Assembly: GCA_017962825.1 (NCBI GenBank) | Contig: JAGCUO010000201.1 | Span: 69,052 to 133,051 of the forward strand | Origin: Lachnospiraceae bacterium | Lineage (GTDB): Bacteria; Bacillota; Clostridia; Lachnospirales; Lachnospiraceae | Reading direction: 5' to 3' | DNA: 64,000 nt | Program-made: the position numbers and the translations under genes | In this document: positions 10,985 through 20,918 of the stretch, piece after piece | How the letters are laid out: every line of letters starts with the position of its first letter | Position numbering within the stretch: position 1 is the first letter of the stretch | The notes under the pieces: generated by a model | What the model saw: the letters and a program-made list of their open reading frames with translations, nothing else | Told to the model about the DNA's origin: nothing | The model's database searches: none

Positions 10985-11505
10985 TTCAGCGAATTCTCAT
11001 CGCAATTTCAATACCTTTCTTTTTCCTGCTTCAAACCGGTGTTTTCACATACCTGAAGCTTGGTAACTGTATCCCTAACCTGATGGTTCTCATAGCCTGC
11101 ATTTACGGATTTTTCTATGGAGAAAAATTCGGATGCGTAGTGGGATTTTTCAGCGGTCTTCTCATCGATATTTTCTTCGGAGATATGCTGGGAATGAACG
11201 CTCTTATCATCATGTTTATAGGATATTTAAACGGAGGGTTCAGCGATCTTTTTTACGCTGAGGATATTCGTCTTCCCTTGATACTTCTTACTTTAAGTGA
11301 TGCAACTTACGGACTGGCGTATTATATATTTACTTTCCTAATGAGAGGTAAGCTTTCCATAGGGGTTTATCTGACTTCCGTTATACTGCCGGAGATCTTT
11401 TATACCTTACTTGTATCGCTGGTTATTTATCCCATTCTTCTGGCAATAGATACTTTGTTCAGAAACCTGAGACTTAAGAAGGAACTGGAAAAGCAGGATG
11501 TTTGA
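10981..11505 (+). CDS. mreD: Rod shape-determining protein MreD
   Basis: Polytopic membrane protein with PNL and GFFSGLLID; follows mreC. Confidence 0.9.
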   Translation: MIQRILIAISIPFFFLLQTGVFTYLKLGNCIPNLMVLIACIYGFFYGEKFGCVVGFFSGLLIDIFFGDMLGMNALIIMFIGYLNGGFSDLFYAEDIRLPLILLTLSDATYGLAYYIFTFLMRGKLSIGVYLTSVILPEIFYTLLVSLVIYPILLAIDTLFRNLRLKKELEKQDV

Positions 11506-14365
11506 CGGGCTTCGAGAAAGAATATTAAATATCTTTACGAGCAGGGTCACGATCATTTATCTGATCATGACCTTCCTTTGCGGTGTGCTTTTATACAGAT
11601 GTTTTGTTCTGCAGATCATTAACGGACAGGATTATCTGGACAATTTCATGCTGGAGCAGGAAAAAGTCAGGGATATCATGCCCACCAGAGGAAATATCTA
11701 CGACAGAAACGGAAATATCCTTGCTTATAATGAGCTTGCTTATTCAATAAACATTGAGGATACGTTTGAGACTTCCTCGAGTAAAGACAGGAAGTTAAAT
11801 GAGCTTGTTTATAACCTGATCAAGCTTATTGAAAGAAACGGAGATACCATCGATTCGGATTTTAAGATCTCGCTAAATGAAGACGGTGAATTCGTATATA
11901 CGGTAACAGGTGCTAATCTAACCAGATTTCTTGCAGATGTTTACGATCATGCGGATGTAAAAGATCTGTCCGAAGAAGAGAAAGCTTCGACTCCGGTTGA
12001 GGTTATGATCTATCTCAGCAGAAAATCCGGTAAAGGGTTCCATTTTGCTGTGGGTGATTATCTTGATCCGGAAGATACCAAATCCGGGTTTGTGGAAGGA
12101 AAAGGGTATACCAATCGTGAATGGCTTGAGATCGTAGAGATACGATACGCAATGAGCCTTACTTCATTCAGGAAATATATCGGAACGACAATTTCTACTG
12201 ATGTAAAACCTGAAACCGTTGCCCTTATTATGGAAAATTCCGATATCTTGCCGGGCGTTTCCATTCAGGAAGATACCGTAAGAAGATATGTGAATTCCGT
12301 TTATTTTGCACATATTCTCGGATATACCGGAAGGATTTCCGCGGAAGAGATCGATGCACTCAATCAGAGAATGATCGATGAGGGTGCAACGGAAGGTACA
12401 TATACCTCAGAAGATGTTGTAGGAAAAAGCGGTATTGAAAATTATCTTGAAACCACTCTCCAGGGAACAAAAGGATATGAGAGAGTTATGGTTGATAATA
12501 CCGGTAAGGTTTTGTCCATTTTGGATCATAAAGATGCTGTCAGAGGTCAGGATGTATATCTGTCCATAGACATGGACCTGACCATGGAACTTTATGATAT
12601 TACGGAAAGAAAGATCGCATATATCCTCGTCCAGAAGCTCCAGAATGCCAAACTGGCCGTAAGGACCACCGATTCCGTTAAGACCATTCCTATAGCGGAT
12701 GTCTATTATGCTGTCTTTAGAAACAATGTTCTTGATATTTCACATTTTTCCGCAGAGGATGCTCAGCCCACCGAGCAGCTTGTTTATGAGAGATTTCTCA
12801 GCTATAAGGAGACTGTATATTCAACACTGGAAACCGGTATCAGAACTACCAGAACTCCCTATGTTAAGCTGTCGGATGAATATAAGATATATCAGTACTA
12901 TGCCTTTAAGCTTCTTATGAACAACGGTATTATCATGACTTCCGAGGTTGATACAGAGGACAGTATGTATAAGGCCTGGGATGAGGGCGGAGATGTTTCC
13001 CTCGGAGATCTTCTTGATCATGCCATAGCTATGGGATGGGTGGATATTTCCAAGCTTGATCTGGAATCAAAATATGCCAGCTCATCAGAGATATTTGATG
13101 CGATCATCTTAAAGATTTTTAAACTCTGCGATGCAGATGCAGAATACCAGACAAGATTTTATAAATATATGATCTTAAACGATAAGATCACCGGTTTTCA
13201 TGTCTGTAAACTTCTTCTCGAGCAGGAAGTCATGTATGCTCCGGAATCGGAGATCAACAGACTTAATGCGGGAGCCATGAGTGCTTACAGCTTCATGGTA
13301 AACCGTATCTCAAACCTTGATATCACCCCCGCGCAGCTTGCTCTCGAACCCTGTAACGGTTCCGTTGTTATGACCAATCCCAACAACGGACAGGTTCTTG
13401 CCCTTGTGTCATATCCCGGATATGACAATAACCTGCTTGCCAATACCGTTGATAACAATTATTGGAACAGACTGCTTAATGATGATTCTTCGCCGCTTTT
13501 GAATTTTGCGACTCAGTATAAGGCTGCTCCGGGATCGACCTTTAAGATCGTTGCGGCAACGGCAGGATTGCGGGAGGGAGTTATAAACACCTCGACCCTT
13601 ATTAACTGTAACGGTATTTTTACCGATATCGAGCCTCCTGCTAAATGTACTGCGGTCCACGGTAATGAAACCGTAAGAACTGCTATCAGGGATTCGTGTA
13701 ACCTGTATTTCTTTAATGTTGGATACAGGCTCGCTACACTGAACGGTTATTATGATGATGCCGCGGGTCTTGAATATCTCTATAAATATGCGGATATGTA
13801 TGGTCTTACCGCTAGATCCGGAGTGGAGATTACCGAATATGACCCCGATGTATCCGATAAGGACTCGGTTAGATCCTACATTGGTCAGGGTACAAACGCA
13901 TATACAACTACACAGCTTGCCAGATATGTTTCCAGTATTGCAAACGGGGGAACGACCTATGACCTGACACTTCTTGATCATATCGAGGATTCATACGGCC
14001 GTACAGTTTGGGAACATGCACCTGTAATATATAATACAGTTGAAATGGAAGATTATCAGTGGAACGCCATCGTAAACGGTATGATAGATGGTGTTAACAA
14101 TAAACCTTATTTTGCGGATATTCCCGTTCAGGTCGCAGGTAAGACAGGTACGGCTCAGCAGTCGAGATCCAAGCCTGACCATGCTTTGTACATTGCTTTT
14201 GCCCCTGCTGTAGGCGAACCCGAAGTTGCATTATGCGTCAGAATTCCTTTCGGTTTCTACTCGGATTATGCAGCGCAGCTCGCTCATGAGTGCCTTCAGG
14301 CTTATTACGAAGTTGAACCGGAAGTGGATCAGTCGGCATATGCTACGGATGAAAGAAGAGACTGA
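11498..14365 (+). CDS. Class B penicillin-binding protein (PBP2/MrdA-like) with a large internal insertion
   Basis: N-terminal TM, RGNIYDRNG; catalytic motifs GSTFK, SCN and KTGT. Confidence 0.92.
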   Translation: MFDGLRERILNIFTSRVTIIYLIMTFLCGVLLYRCFVLQIINGQDYLDNFMLEQEKVRDIMPTRGNIYDRNGNILAYNELAYSINIEDTFETSSSKDRKLNELVYNLIKLIERNGDTIDSDFKISLNEDGEFVYTVTGANLTRFLADVYDHADVKDLSEEEKASTPVEVMIYLSRKSGKGFHFAVGDYLDPEDTKSGFVEGKGYTNREWLEIVEIRYAMSLTSFRKYIGTTISTDVKPETVALIMENSDILPGVSIQEDTVRRYVNSVYFAHILGYTGRISAEEIDALNQRMIDEGATEGTYTSEDVVGKSGIENYLETTLQGTKGYERVMVDNTGKVLSILDHKDAVRGQDVYLSIDMDLTMELYDITERKIAYILVQKLQNAKLAVRTTDSVKTIPIADVYYAVFRNNVLDISHFSAEDAQPTEQLVYERFLSYKETVYSTLETGIRTTRTPYVKLSDEYKIYQYYAFKLLMNNGIIMTSEVDTEDSMYKAWDEGGDVSLGDLLDHAIAMGWVDISKLDLESKYASSSEIFDAIILKIFKLCDADAEYQTRFYKYMILNDKITGFHVCKLLLEQEVMYAPESEINRLNAGAMSAYSFMVNRISNLDITPAQLALEPCNGSVVMTNPNNGQVLALVSYPGYDNNLLANTVDNNYWNRLLNDDSSPLLNFATQYKAAPGSTFKIVAATAGLREGVINTSTLINCNGIFTDIEPPAKCTAVHGNETVRTAIRDSCNLYFFNVGYRLATLNGYYDDAAGLEYLYKYADMYGLTARSGVEITEYDPDVSDKDSVRSYIGQGTNAYTTTQLARYVSSIANGGTTYDLTLLDHIEDSYGRTVWEHAPVIYNTVEMEDYQWNAIVNGMIDGVNNKPYFADIPVQVAGKTGTAQQSRSKPDHALYIAFAPAVGEPEVALCVRIPFGFYSDYAAQLAHECLQAYYEVEPEVDQSAYATDERRD

Positions 14366-14386
14366 GAATATTTGAGGGAGGATTTG

Positions 14387-15082
14387 ATGATCCGGGGAGT
14401 GACTTTAAAAAGTTATAACGGTGCCATAAAACTTATTCTTGATCCCGAGATGAACTTTAATGAGCTTCTCGGTTATGTCCGGGATAAATTCTATGCTGCC
14501 AGAAACTTTCTTGGTTCTTCATCCATTATTCTCGATATAGAGGGAAGAAATCTTTCGGATATCGAAGAATCGCTTATTGTTGATGCCATAAATGCAAGTT
14601 CGGATGTTGATGTTTCCTGTATAGTCGGTAAAAATGAAAATGATCAGGAACACATCAGAAAAGTGGGAGAGATATTGAATGATAAGATCAATTCTCTCGA
14701 TAAATGCATTATCTTACAGTCCTCTGTCATGAATAAACAGGTTATAGACGTTGAGGACAGTGTTTTGGTACTTGGTGATGTGAATCCCGGAAGCCAGATC
14801 AAAAGCTGCGGAAACATCATTGTTCTCGGAGGCTTGTACGGATCGGCTTATGCAGGGTCAAACGGCGATGAGTCGGCTTTTGTCTGCGCTATAGAGATGG
14901 AACCCGAAAACCTGATCATCGGAGATAAGGAATATATCCCTGAAAGTAAACCTATTTGGTCAGCCAAGCTTAAGGCTGCACCAAAGGTCGCAAGAGTTGC
15001 GGACGGAGAATTGACCATAGGTCCTCTTAACAGGGTCGTGATGGAGAAGATTTATGAGTCTAAGAAATTATCACATTCGTGA
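14387..15082 (+). CDS. minC: Septum site-determining protein MinC
   Basis: C-terminal beta-helix signature VLGDVNPGSQI..GNIIVLG.L.G.AYAG. Confidence 0.85.
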   Translation: MIRGVTLKSYNGAIKLILDPEMNFNELLGYVRDKFYAARNFLGSSSIILDIEGRNLSDIEESLIVDAINASSDVDVSCIVGKNENDQEHIRKVGEILNDKINSLDKCIILQSSVMNKQVIDVEDSVLVLGDVNPGSQIKSCGNIIVLGGLYGSAYAGSNGDESAFVCAIEMEPENLIIGDKEYIPESKPIWSAKLKAAPKVARVADGELTIGPLNRVVMEKIYESKKLSHS

Positions 15083-16229
15083 TTATGATTTTAAAATAAT
15101 ACTGTTTGCCGTTCTTTTATCCGTAATTGGTGTTTTTGCCATTTCCTCTGCAATGGGCGATACGGCTGCGGGTCATGAGAATGTCAAAAAACAGATCGGC
15201 GGGATTATTTTCGGGACCGTTATGATGATAATCACATCTCTGATCGATTATCATTTCATAATGAAATTCAGGATCCCGATATATGTTTTTACCATTTTTG
15301 TCCTTGTTCTGGTAATGGTGGGAGGTCATTCTTCCCATAACGCCCAAAGATGGCTCAATATCGGTGCTTTTACCTTCCAGCCCTCCGAACTTGCCAAGCT
15401 TTTGTTGATTTTATTTTTGGCTTCGTTTATTATGAAATACAAGGATAAAATAAGCAGTTTTCATTTGCTTTTGGTATGTTCTGCGCTGTTTTTGGTACCG
15501 TTTTTTCTGATATTCAAACAGCCCGATCTTTCGACCAGTATCGTACTTGTTTTTATCTTTGCTGCCATCATGTTTTCAAGCGGCATCAAGAAAAGGGTAA
15601 TATTGATCGTAATGCTGATAGTTATCCCTGTGGGTGTAGCATTTGTCAGTTACATGCTCAACCCGGATAACGATGTTTTGGAAGGATATCAGCTCAAGAG
15701 GATATATGGTTTCCTTTATCCTGATGAGTATCCTGACATTGCTTATCAGCAGAATAATTCCGTTACCGCCATCGGTTCCGGAATGCTCGAAGGTAAGGGC
15801 TATAAGAATAACCGGATAACTTCGGTCAAGAACAGCAATTTTCTTTCGGAGGCCGAAACCGATTTCATATTTGCCGTAATAGGTGAGGAATTCGGATTCA
15901 GGGGAGCTTCGGTCACGATAATATTACTGTTTTTGGTATCTCTTAGCTGTCTGAGCGTGGGGATACGGGCAAAAGATACTGCCGGGGCCGTCATTTGCGC
16001 CGGAATGGGTACATTTATCGGTATACAGGGCTTTATGAACATCGCGGTTGCGACTTTTTTGATGCCTAATACCGGTATTCCGCTGCCATTTGTCAGTTAT
16101 GGTCTTACATCACTTGTTACGCTTTATTTGGGACTTGGGGTAGTTCTGAATGTTAGGCTTCAGGTGAAGCGTCCGGTGAATCCGCTGGATGAATTCACAC
16201 TAAATTTTAATGGAAAGGGGCCGTATTAG
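15054..16229 (+). CDS. rodA: SEDS family rod shape protein RodA
   Basis: AQRW, FQPSELAK, TDFIFAVIGEEFG, TGIPLPFVSYG; in the mre operon. Confidence 0.92.
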   Translation: MSLRNYHIRDYDFKIILFAVLLSVIGVFAISSAMGDTAAGHENVKKQIGGIIFGTVMMIITSLIDYHFIMKFRIPIYVFTIFVLVLVMVGGHSSHNAQRWLNIGAFTFQPSELAKLLLILFLASFIMKYKDKISSFHLLLVCSALFLVPFFLIFKQPDLSTSIVLVFIFAAIMFSSGIKKRVILIVMLIVIPVGVAFVSYMLNPDNDVLEGYQLKRIYGFLYPDEYPDIAYQQNNSVTAIGSGMLEGKGYKNNRITSVKNSNFLSEAETDFIFAVIGEEFGFRGASVTIILLFLVSLSCLSVGIRAKDTAGAVICAGMGTFIGIQGFMNIAVATFLMPNTGIPLPFVSYGLTSLVTLYLGLGVVLNVRLQVKRPVNPLDEFTLNFNGKGPY

Positions 16230-16235
16230 GGGATA

Positions 16236-16631
16236 ATGAACATTGCACTTATCGCTCATGATTCCAAGAAAAAGCTCATGCAGAATTTTTGTGTGGCCTA
16301 TCGCGGAATCCTGACAAAGCACGATCTATACGCCACAGGAACCACAGGTAGACTTATCGAGGAGGTAACCAACCTCTCAATTCACAAATTTCTTGCAGGA
16401 CACTTGGGAGGAGAACAGCAGCTCGCAGCTCAGATCGAACAGAATCTTATCGATCTTGTAATTTTCTTAAGAGATCCCGTAAATACCACCGTTCACGAAC
16501 CCAATGTCGAGAACGTATTCAGGGACTGTGATCTTCACAACATTCCGCTTGCTACCAATCTTGCAAGTGCGGAGCTCCTTATAAAATCCCTCGACAGAGG
16601 TGATCTTGAATGGAGAGAAATGTATAAATGA
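16236..16631 (+). CDS. mgsA: Methylglyoxal synthase
   Basis: IALIAHD.KK, ATGTTG, HEP, IPLATN. Confidence 0.93.
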   Translation: MNIALIAHDSKKKLMQNFCVAYRGILTKHDLYATGTTGRLIEEVTNLSIHKFLAGHLGGEQQLAAQIEQNLIDLVIFLRDPVNTTVHEPNVENVFRDCDLHNIPLATNLASAELLIKSLDRGDLEWREMYK

Positions 16632-17623
16632 TCCGTCTTTTCGGTAAATCCAAATTCAGATTATTATCGCTTTTTACATTAGTTTCGCTTATCTTAACGG
16701 GGTGCGGATCCGATTTTGCATCCCCTTATTCTGCGTCGGTTCTTGCCTCGGAAATGGCAGGAAGGGGCTTTACTGCCGAACTTAAGGCCGAGTCTTTTGC
16801 CTCCGATCTTTGCGTTATCACGGAAAACATTCCCGTAGAGGGGCTTGAATTATCGACTCAGGTTGAATCATATCTTCTGATCGATATCAATAACAGACAG
16901 GCTCTTGCCGCTTACGATGTTAACCGTCAGATCCATCCCGCATCGACCACCAAGCTCATGACAGCGCTTGTTGCCCTCGAGAACTGTTCCATGGATGAAA
17001 AGATCGTACTGGGAGAGGAAGTCACCGGGTTTGCTTATGATGAGACCGTCCTTCCCGGTAAAGTCGGGGATACCATGACCATGGATCAGGCTCTTCATTT
17101 CATGCTTATGTATTCTGCCAATGACATCGCCAATTCCATTGCAGTACATGTGGGCGGAAGCATCAGTAATTTCTGCAATATGATGAATGAGAAGGCAGCT
17201 GAGATCGGTGCCACAAACACTCATTTTTCCAATCCTCACGGACTTGATGCGGACGACCATCTGACCACAGCATACGATCTTTATCTTATCCTCAGCGAAT
17301 GCATCAAATACGAGAAGTTTGTAGAGATAGTTTCCAGCTCAGAATACTCCACCGTTTACACAAATTCCCAGGGTAAGAACGTAGATAAAACGGTCAGAAG
17401 TACCGATCTGTTTATCAGAACGGACAAGGATGTGAGTGCCCCTGCAGGAATTACGGTTATCGGCGGAAAAACCGGTACAACAGGCAAAGCAGGACATTGT
17501 CTCATTGTTTTATGCAAGGATTCCGCCGGCAATCCGTATATCTCATGTGTCATGGGAACGGCGGACACCGACACGCTTTATGAGCACCAAAAAATGCTCA
17601 TGAATCTTATATTAAACGGTTAA
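16628..17623 (+). CDS. D-alanyl-D-alanine carboxypeptidase (peptidase S11), lipoprotein
   Basis: Lipobox LTGC; PASTTK, SAN, NPHGL, GKTG. Confidence 0.92.
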   Translation: MIRLFGKSKFRLLSLFTLVSLILTGCGSDFASPYSASVLASEMAGRGFTAELKAESFASDLCVITENIPVEGLELSTQVESYLLIDINNRQALAAYDVNRQIHPASTTKLMTALVALENCSMDEKIVLGEEVTGFAYDETVLPGKVGDTMTMDQALHFMLMYSANDIANSIAVHVGGSISNFCNMMNEKAAEIGATNTHFSNPHGLDADDHLTTAYDLYLILSECIKYEKFVEIVSSSEYSTVYTNSQGKNVDKTVRSTDLFIRTDKDVSAPAGITVIGGKTGTTGKAGHCLIVLCKDSAGNPYISCVMGTADTDTLYEHQKMLMNLILNG

Positions 17624-17630
17624 AAAGCGA

Positions 17631-17659
17631 TTGAAAAAAAGAGCTTTTTAAACTATAAT
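17631..17659 (+). promoter_or_regulatory. Sigma70/SigA-type promoter
   Basis: TTGAAA-17 bp-TATAAT upstream of the ORF at 17742. Confidence 0.65.
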
Positions 17660-17741
17660 CTTATTAGTGATCTTCGAGAACCGAAAACGATTTTCCGGGA
17701 AGAGTTGATACACTAAAATAACAGCATCGGAGGGCAAATTA

Positions 17742-18170
17742 GTGGTTTCATTGATAGTTGGTCAGAAGGGCAAAGGTAAGACTAAGGAGCTTTTGGACAG
17801 GGTTAATGCCGATGTAAAGAACGTCTCCGGAAATATTGTATATCTTGATAAGGACACTGCTCATATGTATGAGCTGAACAACAAGATCAGACTTATCAAT
17901 GTAAGCGAATTCGATATTTCCAATTCAGATCAGTTCTATGGCTTCGTTGCAGGTATCATCTCCCAGAATCACGATATTCAGGAAGTTTTCATCGATTCTT
18001 ATGCTAAGATTTCTCAGCAGGTCGACAAGGATATAACCGAGAACGTTGAAAAACTTGCCGCTCTTTCCGAGAAGTACAAGGTAGATATGGTTCTTTCCGT
18101 ATCAATTGAAAGAAGCAAGTTCCCCGCAGGTCTTCAGGCTGACGAGAAGATTGCAATCAATTTCCTTTAA
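17742..18170 (+). CDS. Small conserved P-loop protein of unknown function
   Basis: GQKGKGKT Walker-A-like motif at the N-terminus and VFIDS; GGAGG RBS. Confidence 0.8.
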   Translation: MVSLIVGQKGKGKTKELLDRVNADVKNVSGNIVYLDKDTAHMYELNNKIRLINVSEFDISNSDQFYGFVAGIISQNHDIQEVFIDSYAKISQQVDKDITENVEKLAALSEKYKVDMVLSVSIERSKFPAGLQADEKIAINFL

Positions 18171-18230
18171 TTTCTATTTGACTGATAACCCCGGATTTGA
18201 CTGAATAAGCCTCATCCGGGGTGTATTTAT

Positions 18231-19634
18231 ATGAGTAATAATAACGAGAACAATATCAGAAAGTTCACCAGAGAGCATAACTTTGGATTCGGTACGGTCC
18301 TTTTTCTCGGGATCTTTATTTACGTTGTAATCGTTTTGTTTATCTATTTTTCTTCCGATCCCATCGTCAGATATGAGGTGGTTGAAGGTTCTCTTTCTTC
18401 CCAGAATATCTACAGAGCCATCGCTTTAAGGGATGAGCATGTTATTCAGAGTCCTTATTCCGGATATGTTAATTTCCTCGCAAGAGAAGGTCAGAAAGTA
18501 GCAGTGGGAGATATTGTTTATACGGTTGATGAGACCGGTAAGTTAAACGAATATCTTGAATCCCAGTCTCTGCTTGAAAATACTCTTACGGATAAAGAAC
18601 TTGACGATTTCAAAAATGAACTCGTTGATTTCTCTCATTCATATGATCCGGTTTCCTATACCGAGGTCTATTCATTCAAGTATTCCCTTCAGAATTCCGT
18701 TCTTAAACTCGCCAATTCAAACTTCCTCGAATCACTGAGACAGGCTCAGGATGAGGGAGGTCTTTCCGCTGCGGTAAAGTATTGCACAAGTTCCGAAGCG
18801 GGTGTCGTATCATATTGGATCGACGGATATGAGAATTTTGATCCTTCCACTATATCCATGGATACTTTTGATGAGCGTAAGTATGAGAAGACCAATATTT
18901 CCGCTAACGAGCTTCGCGCTGAGGGTGATGCGGTTTATAAGCTTTCAGAAAGCGAAGATTGGTGCATAATCTTTCCCATAAAAGAAGCCGATGCCGAGAG
19001 CTTTGAAAAACAGGGTTATATCCTGACAAGATTCCTCAGAAATCAGTATGAATCCTGGGGAGCCGTATCTATCATCAGAACAGAGAAAGAAGTTTTCTGC
19101 AGGCTTGATTTCAATAATTCCATGTCATCTTTCGTAAATGAAAGATTTCTTGATGTAGAGCTCATAATGAACGAAGAAACAGGCCTGAAGGTTCCGAATT
19201 CTTCGATCATCGAGAAGGAATTCTATTTGATCAATGAAAATTATGTGATCTATGATACCGTTAATAATATTTATTACGTTATCCTCTCAGGATACGATGA
19301 TACGGGTCAGCCTATCACCATCAGAAAAGAGATTTCCGTGTACAGCCACGATGAAGAGGCTCACGTTTATTACGTGGATGAAACTTTCCTGACGGCGGGG
19401 GATACGTTGCATATGGAAAACTCGCAACAAGTCTTTGTCATCAAAGATAAGGGTACACTTACGGGTGTTTATAATATCAACAAAGGTTATGCGGATTTCA
19501 AAGAGATAACCATTCTTTCACAAAACGATGAATATGCGATCGTTAAACCGAACTCAACTTACGGTCTCAGAGTATATGATTACATTGCGCTCAGAGCAGA
19601 TACGATTTCGGACGATCAGTTTATAAATGAGTAA
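18231..19634 (+). CDS. Membrane-anchored protein with an HlyD-like adaptor region
   Basis: Single TM, SPYSGYV...EGQKVAVGD lipoyl-like half-domain, GLKVP; position before yggS. Confidence 0.75.
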   Translation: MSNNNENNIRKFTREHNFGFGTVLFLGIFIYVVIVLFIYFSSDPIVRYEVVEGSLSSQNIYRAIALRDEHVIQSPYSGYVNFLAREGQKVAVGDIVYTVDETGKLNEYLESQSLLENTLTDKELDDFKNELVDFSHSYDPVSYTEVYSFKYSLQNSVLKLANSNFLESLRQAQDEGGLSAAVKYCTSSEAGVVSYWIDGYENFDPSTISMDTFDERKYEKTNISANELRAEGDAVYKLSESEDWCIIFPIKEADAESFEKQGYILTRFLRNQYESWGAVSIIRTEKEVFCRLDFNNSMSSFVNERFLDVELIMNEETGLKVPNSSIIEKEFYLINENYVIYDTVNNIYYVILSGYDDTGQPITIRKEISVYSHDEEAHVYYVDETFLTAGDTLHMENSQQVFVIKDKGTLTGVYNINKGYADFKEITILSQNDEYAIVKPNSTYGLRVYDYIALRADTISDDQFINE

Positions 19635-19646
19635 AAGGTTGTAAAA

Positions 19647-20348
19647 ATGAGCTGTAAAGAAAATTACCTTGAAGTACTTGATAAGGTTAAGAAAGACCTT
19701 GAGAAGGCCGGCAGAGACATTTCCGAATGTACGCTTGTTGCGGTGAGTAAGACAAAACCTCTTGAACTTCTCAAAGAAGCATATGATGCAGGTTGCAGGG
19801 ATTTTGGGGAAAATTATGTACAGGAGCTTGTGGATAAGATTCCCAATATGCCCGAAGACGTAAGATGGCATATGATCGGTCATCTCCAGACAAATAAGGT
19901 CAAATATCTTATCGGTAAAACATATCTGATCCACAGCGTTGATACCGTTAAACTGGCCAAAGAGATAGGAAAACAGTCCGAAAAGGCCGGCATTGTCACT
20001 GATATACTTCTTGAAGTAAATGTTGCGGAAGAAGAGTCCAAATTTGGATTTACCGCTGATAATATCATGGATGGTGTCAGGGAGATCGCTAAGATTCCCG
20101 GAGTATGCATAAAAGGCCTTATGACAAGTGCTCCGATCTGCGAAGATTCCGAGGAAAACAGGGTATATTTTAGAAAACTGAAACAATTATCCATTGACAT
20201 AAAAAAGCAAAATATTGATAATGTTTATATGGGTTTTCTTTCTATGGGAATGAGTGGTGACTATGAAGTTGCTCTCAGCGAGGGTTCGACTTATGTAAGA
20301 GTGGGAACCGCCATTTTCGGAGAAAGAGATTATTCCAAGAAAAATTAA
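19647..20348 (+). CDS. yggS: PLP homeostasis protein YggS
   Basis: LVAVSKT, FGENYVQE, WHMIGHLQTNK, LSMGMS. Confidence 0.95.
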   Translation: MSCKENYLEVLDKVKKDLEKAGRDISECTLVAVSKTKPLELLKEAYDAGCRDFGENYVQELVDKIPNMPEDVRWHMIGHLQTNKVKYLIGKTYLIHSVDTVKLAKEIGKQSEKAGIVTDILLEVNVAEEESKFGFTADNIMDGVREIAKIPGVCIKGLMTSAPICEDSEENRVYFRKLKQLSIDIKKQNIDNVYMGFLSMGMSGDYEVALSEGSTYVRVGTAIFGERDYSKKN

Positions 20349-20360
20349 GAGAGGGCTAAG

Positions 20361-20849
20361 ATGGGAAGTACTGTAGATAAGTTTATTAATTTCATGAAAC
20401 TTGATAATAAAGACGAAGAAGACGACGAAGATTACGGCTTCGGTGATGACGATACCGAACAGCCCGCTAAATATCAGAGCACTGAAGATGATTCTCAGGA
20501 AAAACCTAAGAAATCAGTCAAGGGAGTATTTAAAAATCAGGATTCTCGGAGGAAGACTATGAGCGCAGGAATTAATGCCGGTGTCAGCATGAGATTTCCC
20601 AAGGAACTCAATGATGCTGCCGAAGTTGTTGATGATCTTAAGTCTATGAACAGTGTAGTCCTTAATCTTCAGGGACTCGATTCTTCACTTGCTCAGAGCA
20701 TTTATGATTTCCTTTGCGGTGCATGTTATGCGCTCGGATGCCGCATGGAGAAGGTTTCCGATTATGTATATGTCATCACTCCCGAGAGTGTTACTCTTTC
20801 CGGAGATCTTTTGTCTGCACAGGGTCCTGAAGGAAACGGAATTTTCTGA
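20361..20849 (+). CDS. sepF: Cell division protein SepF
   Basis: C-terminal P...A..V.D.L...VVLNL...DFLCG..YAL; follows yggS. Confidence 0.88.
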   Translation: MGSTVDKFINFMKLDNKDEEDDEDYGFGDDDTEQPAKYQSTEDDSQEKPKKSVKGVFKNQDSRRKTMSAGINAGVSMRFPKELNDAAEVVDDLKSMNSVVLNLQGLDSSLAQSIYDFLCGACYALGCRMEKVSDYVYVITPESVTLSGDLLSAQGPEGNGIF

Positions 20850-20869
20850 TTTCAATGAATTGATCATTT

Positions 20870-20908
20870 CGGACCGTTTAGCTTAAGGCTATCGGTCCGT
20901 TATTTTTT
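20870..20908 (+). terminator. Putative intrinsic terminator after sepF
   Basis: CGGACCG...CGGTCCG stem followed by a T-run. Confidence 0.55.
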
Positions 20909-20918
20909 GAGGTTTAAT

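Noticed and set aside
19554-20186. Long antisense or alternate-frame ORFs (also 13409-13981, 42513-43052, 61474-62049 and many shorter ones)
   Set aside because: They overlap well-identified genes and show no motifs or RBS; they are shadow ORFs.
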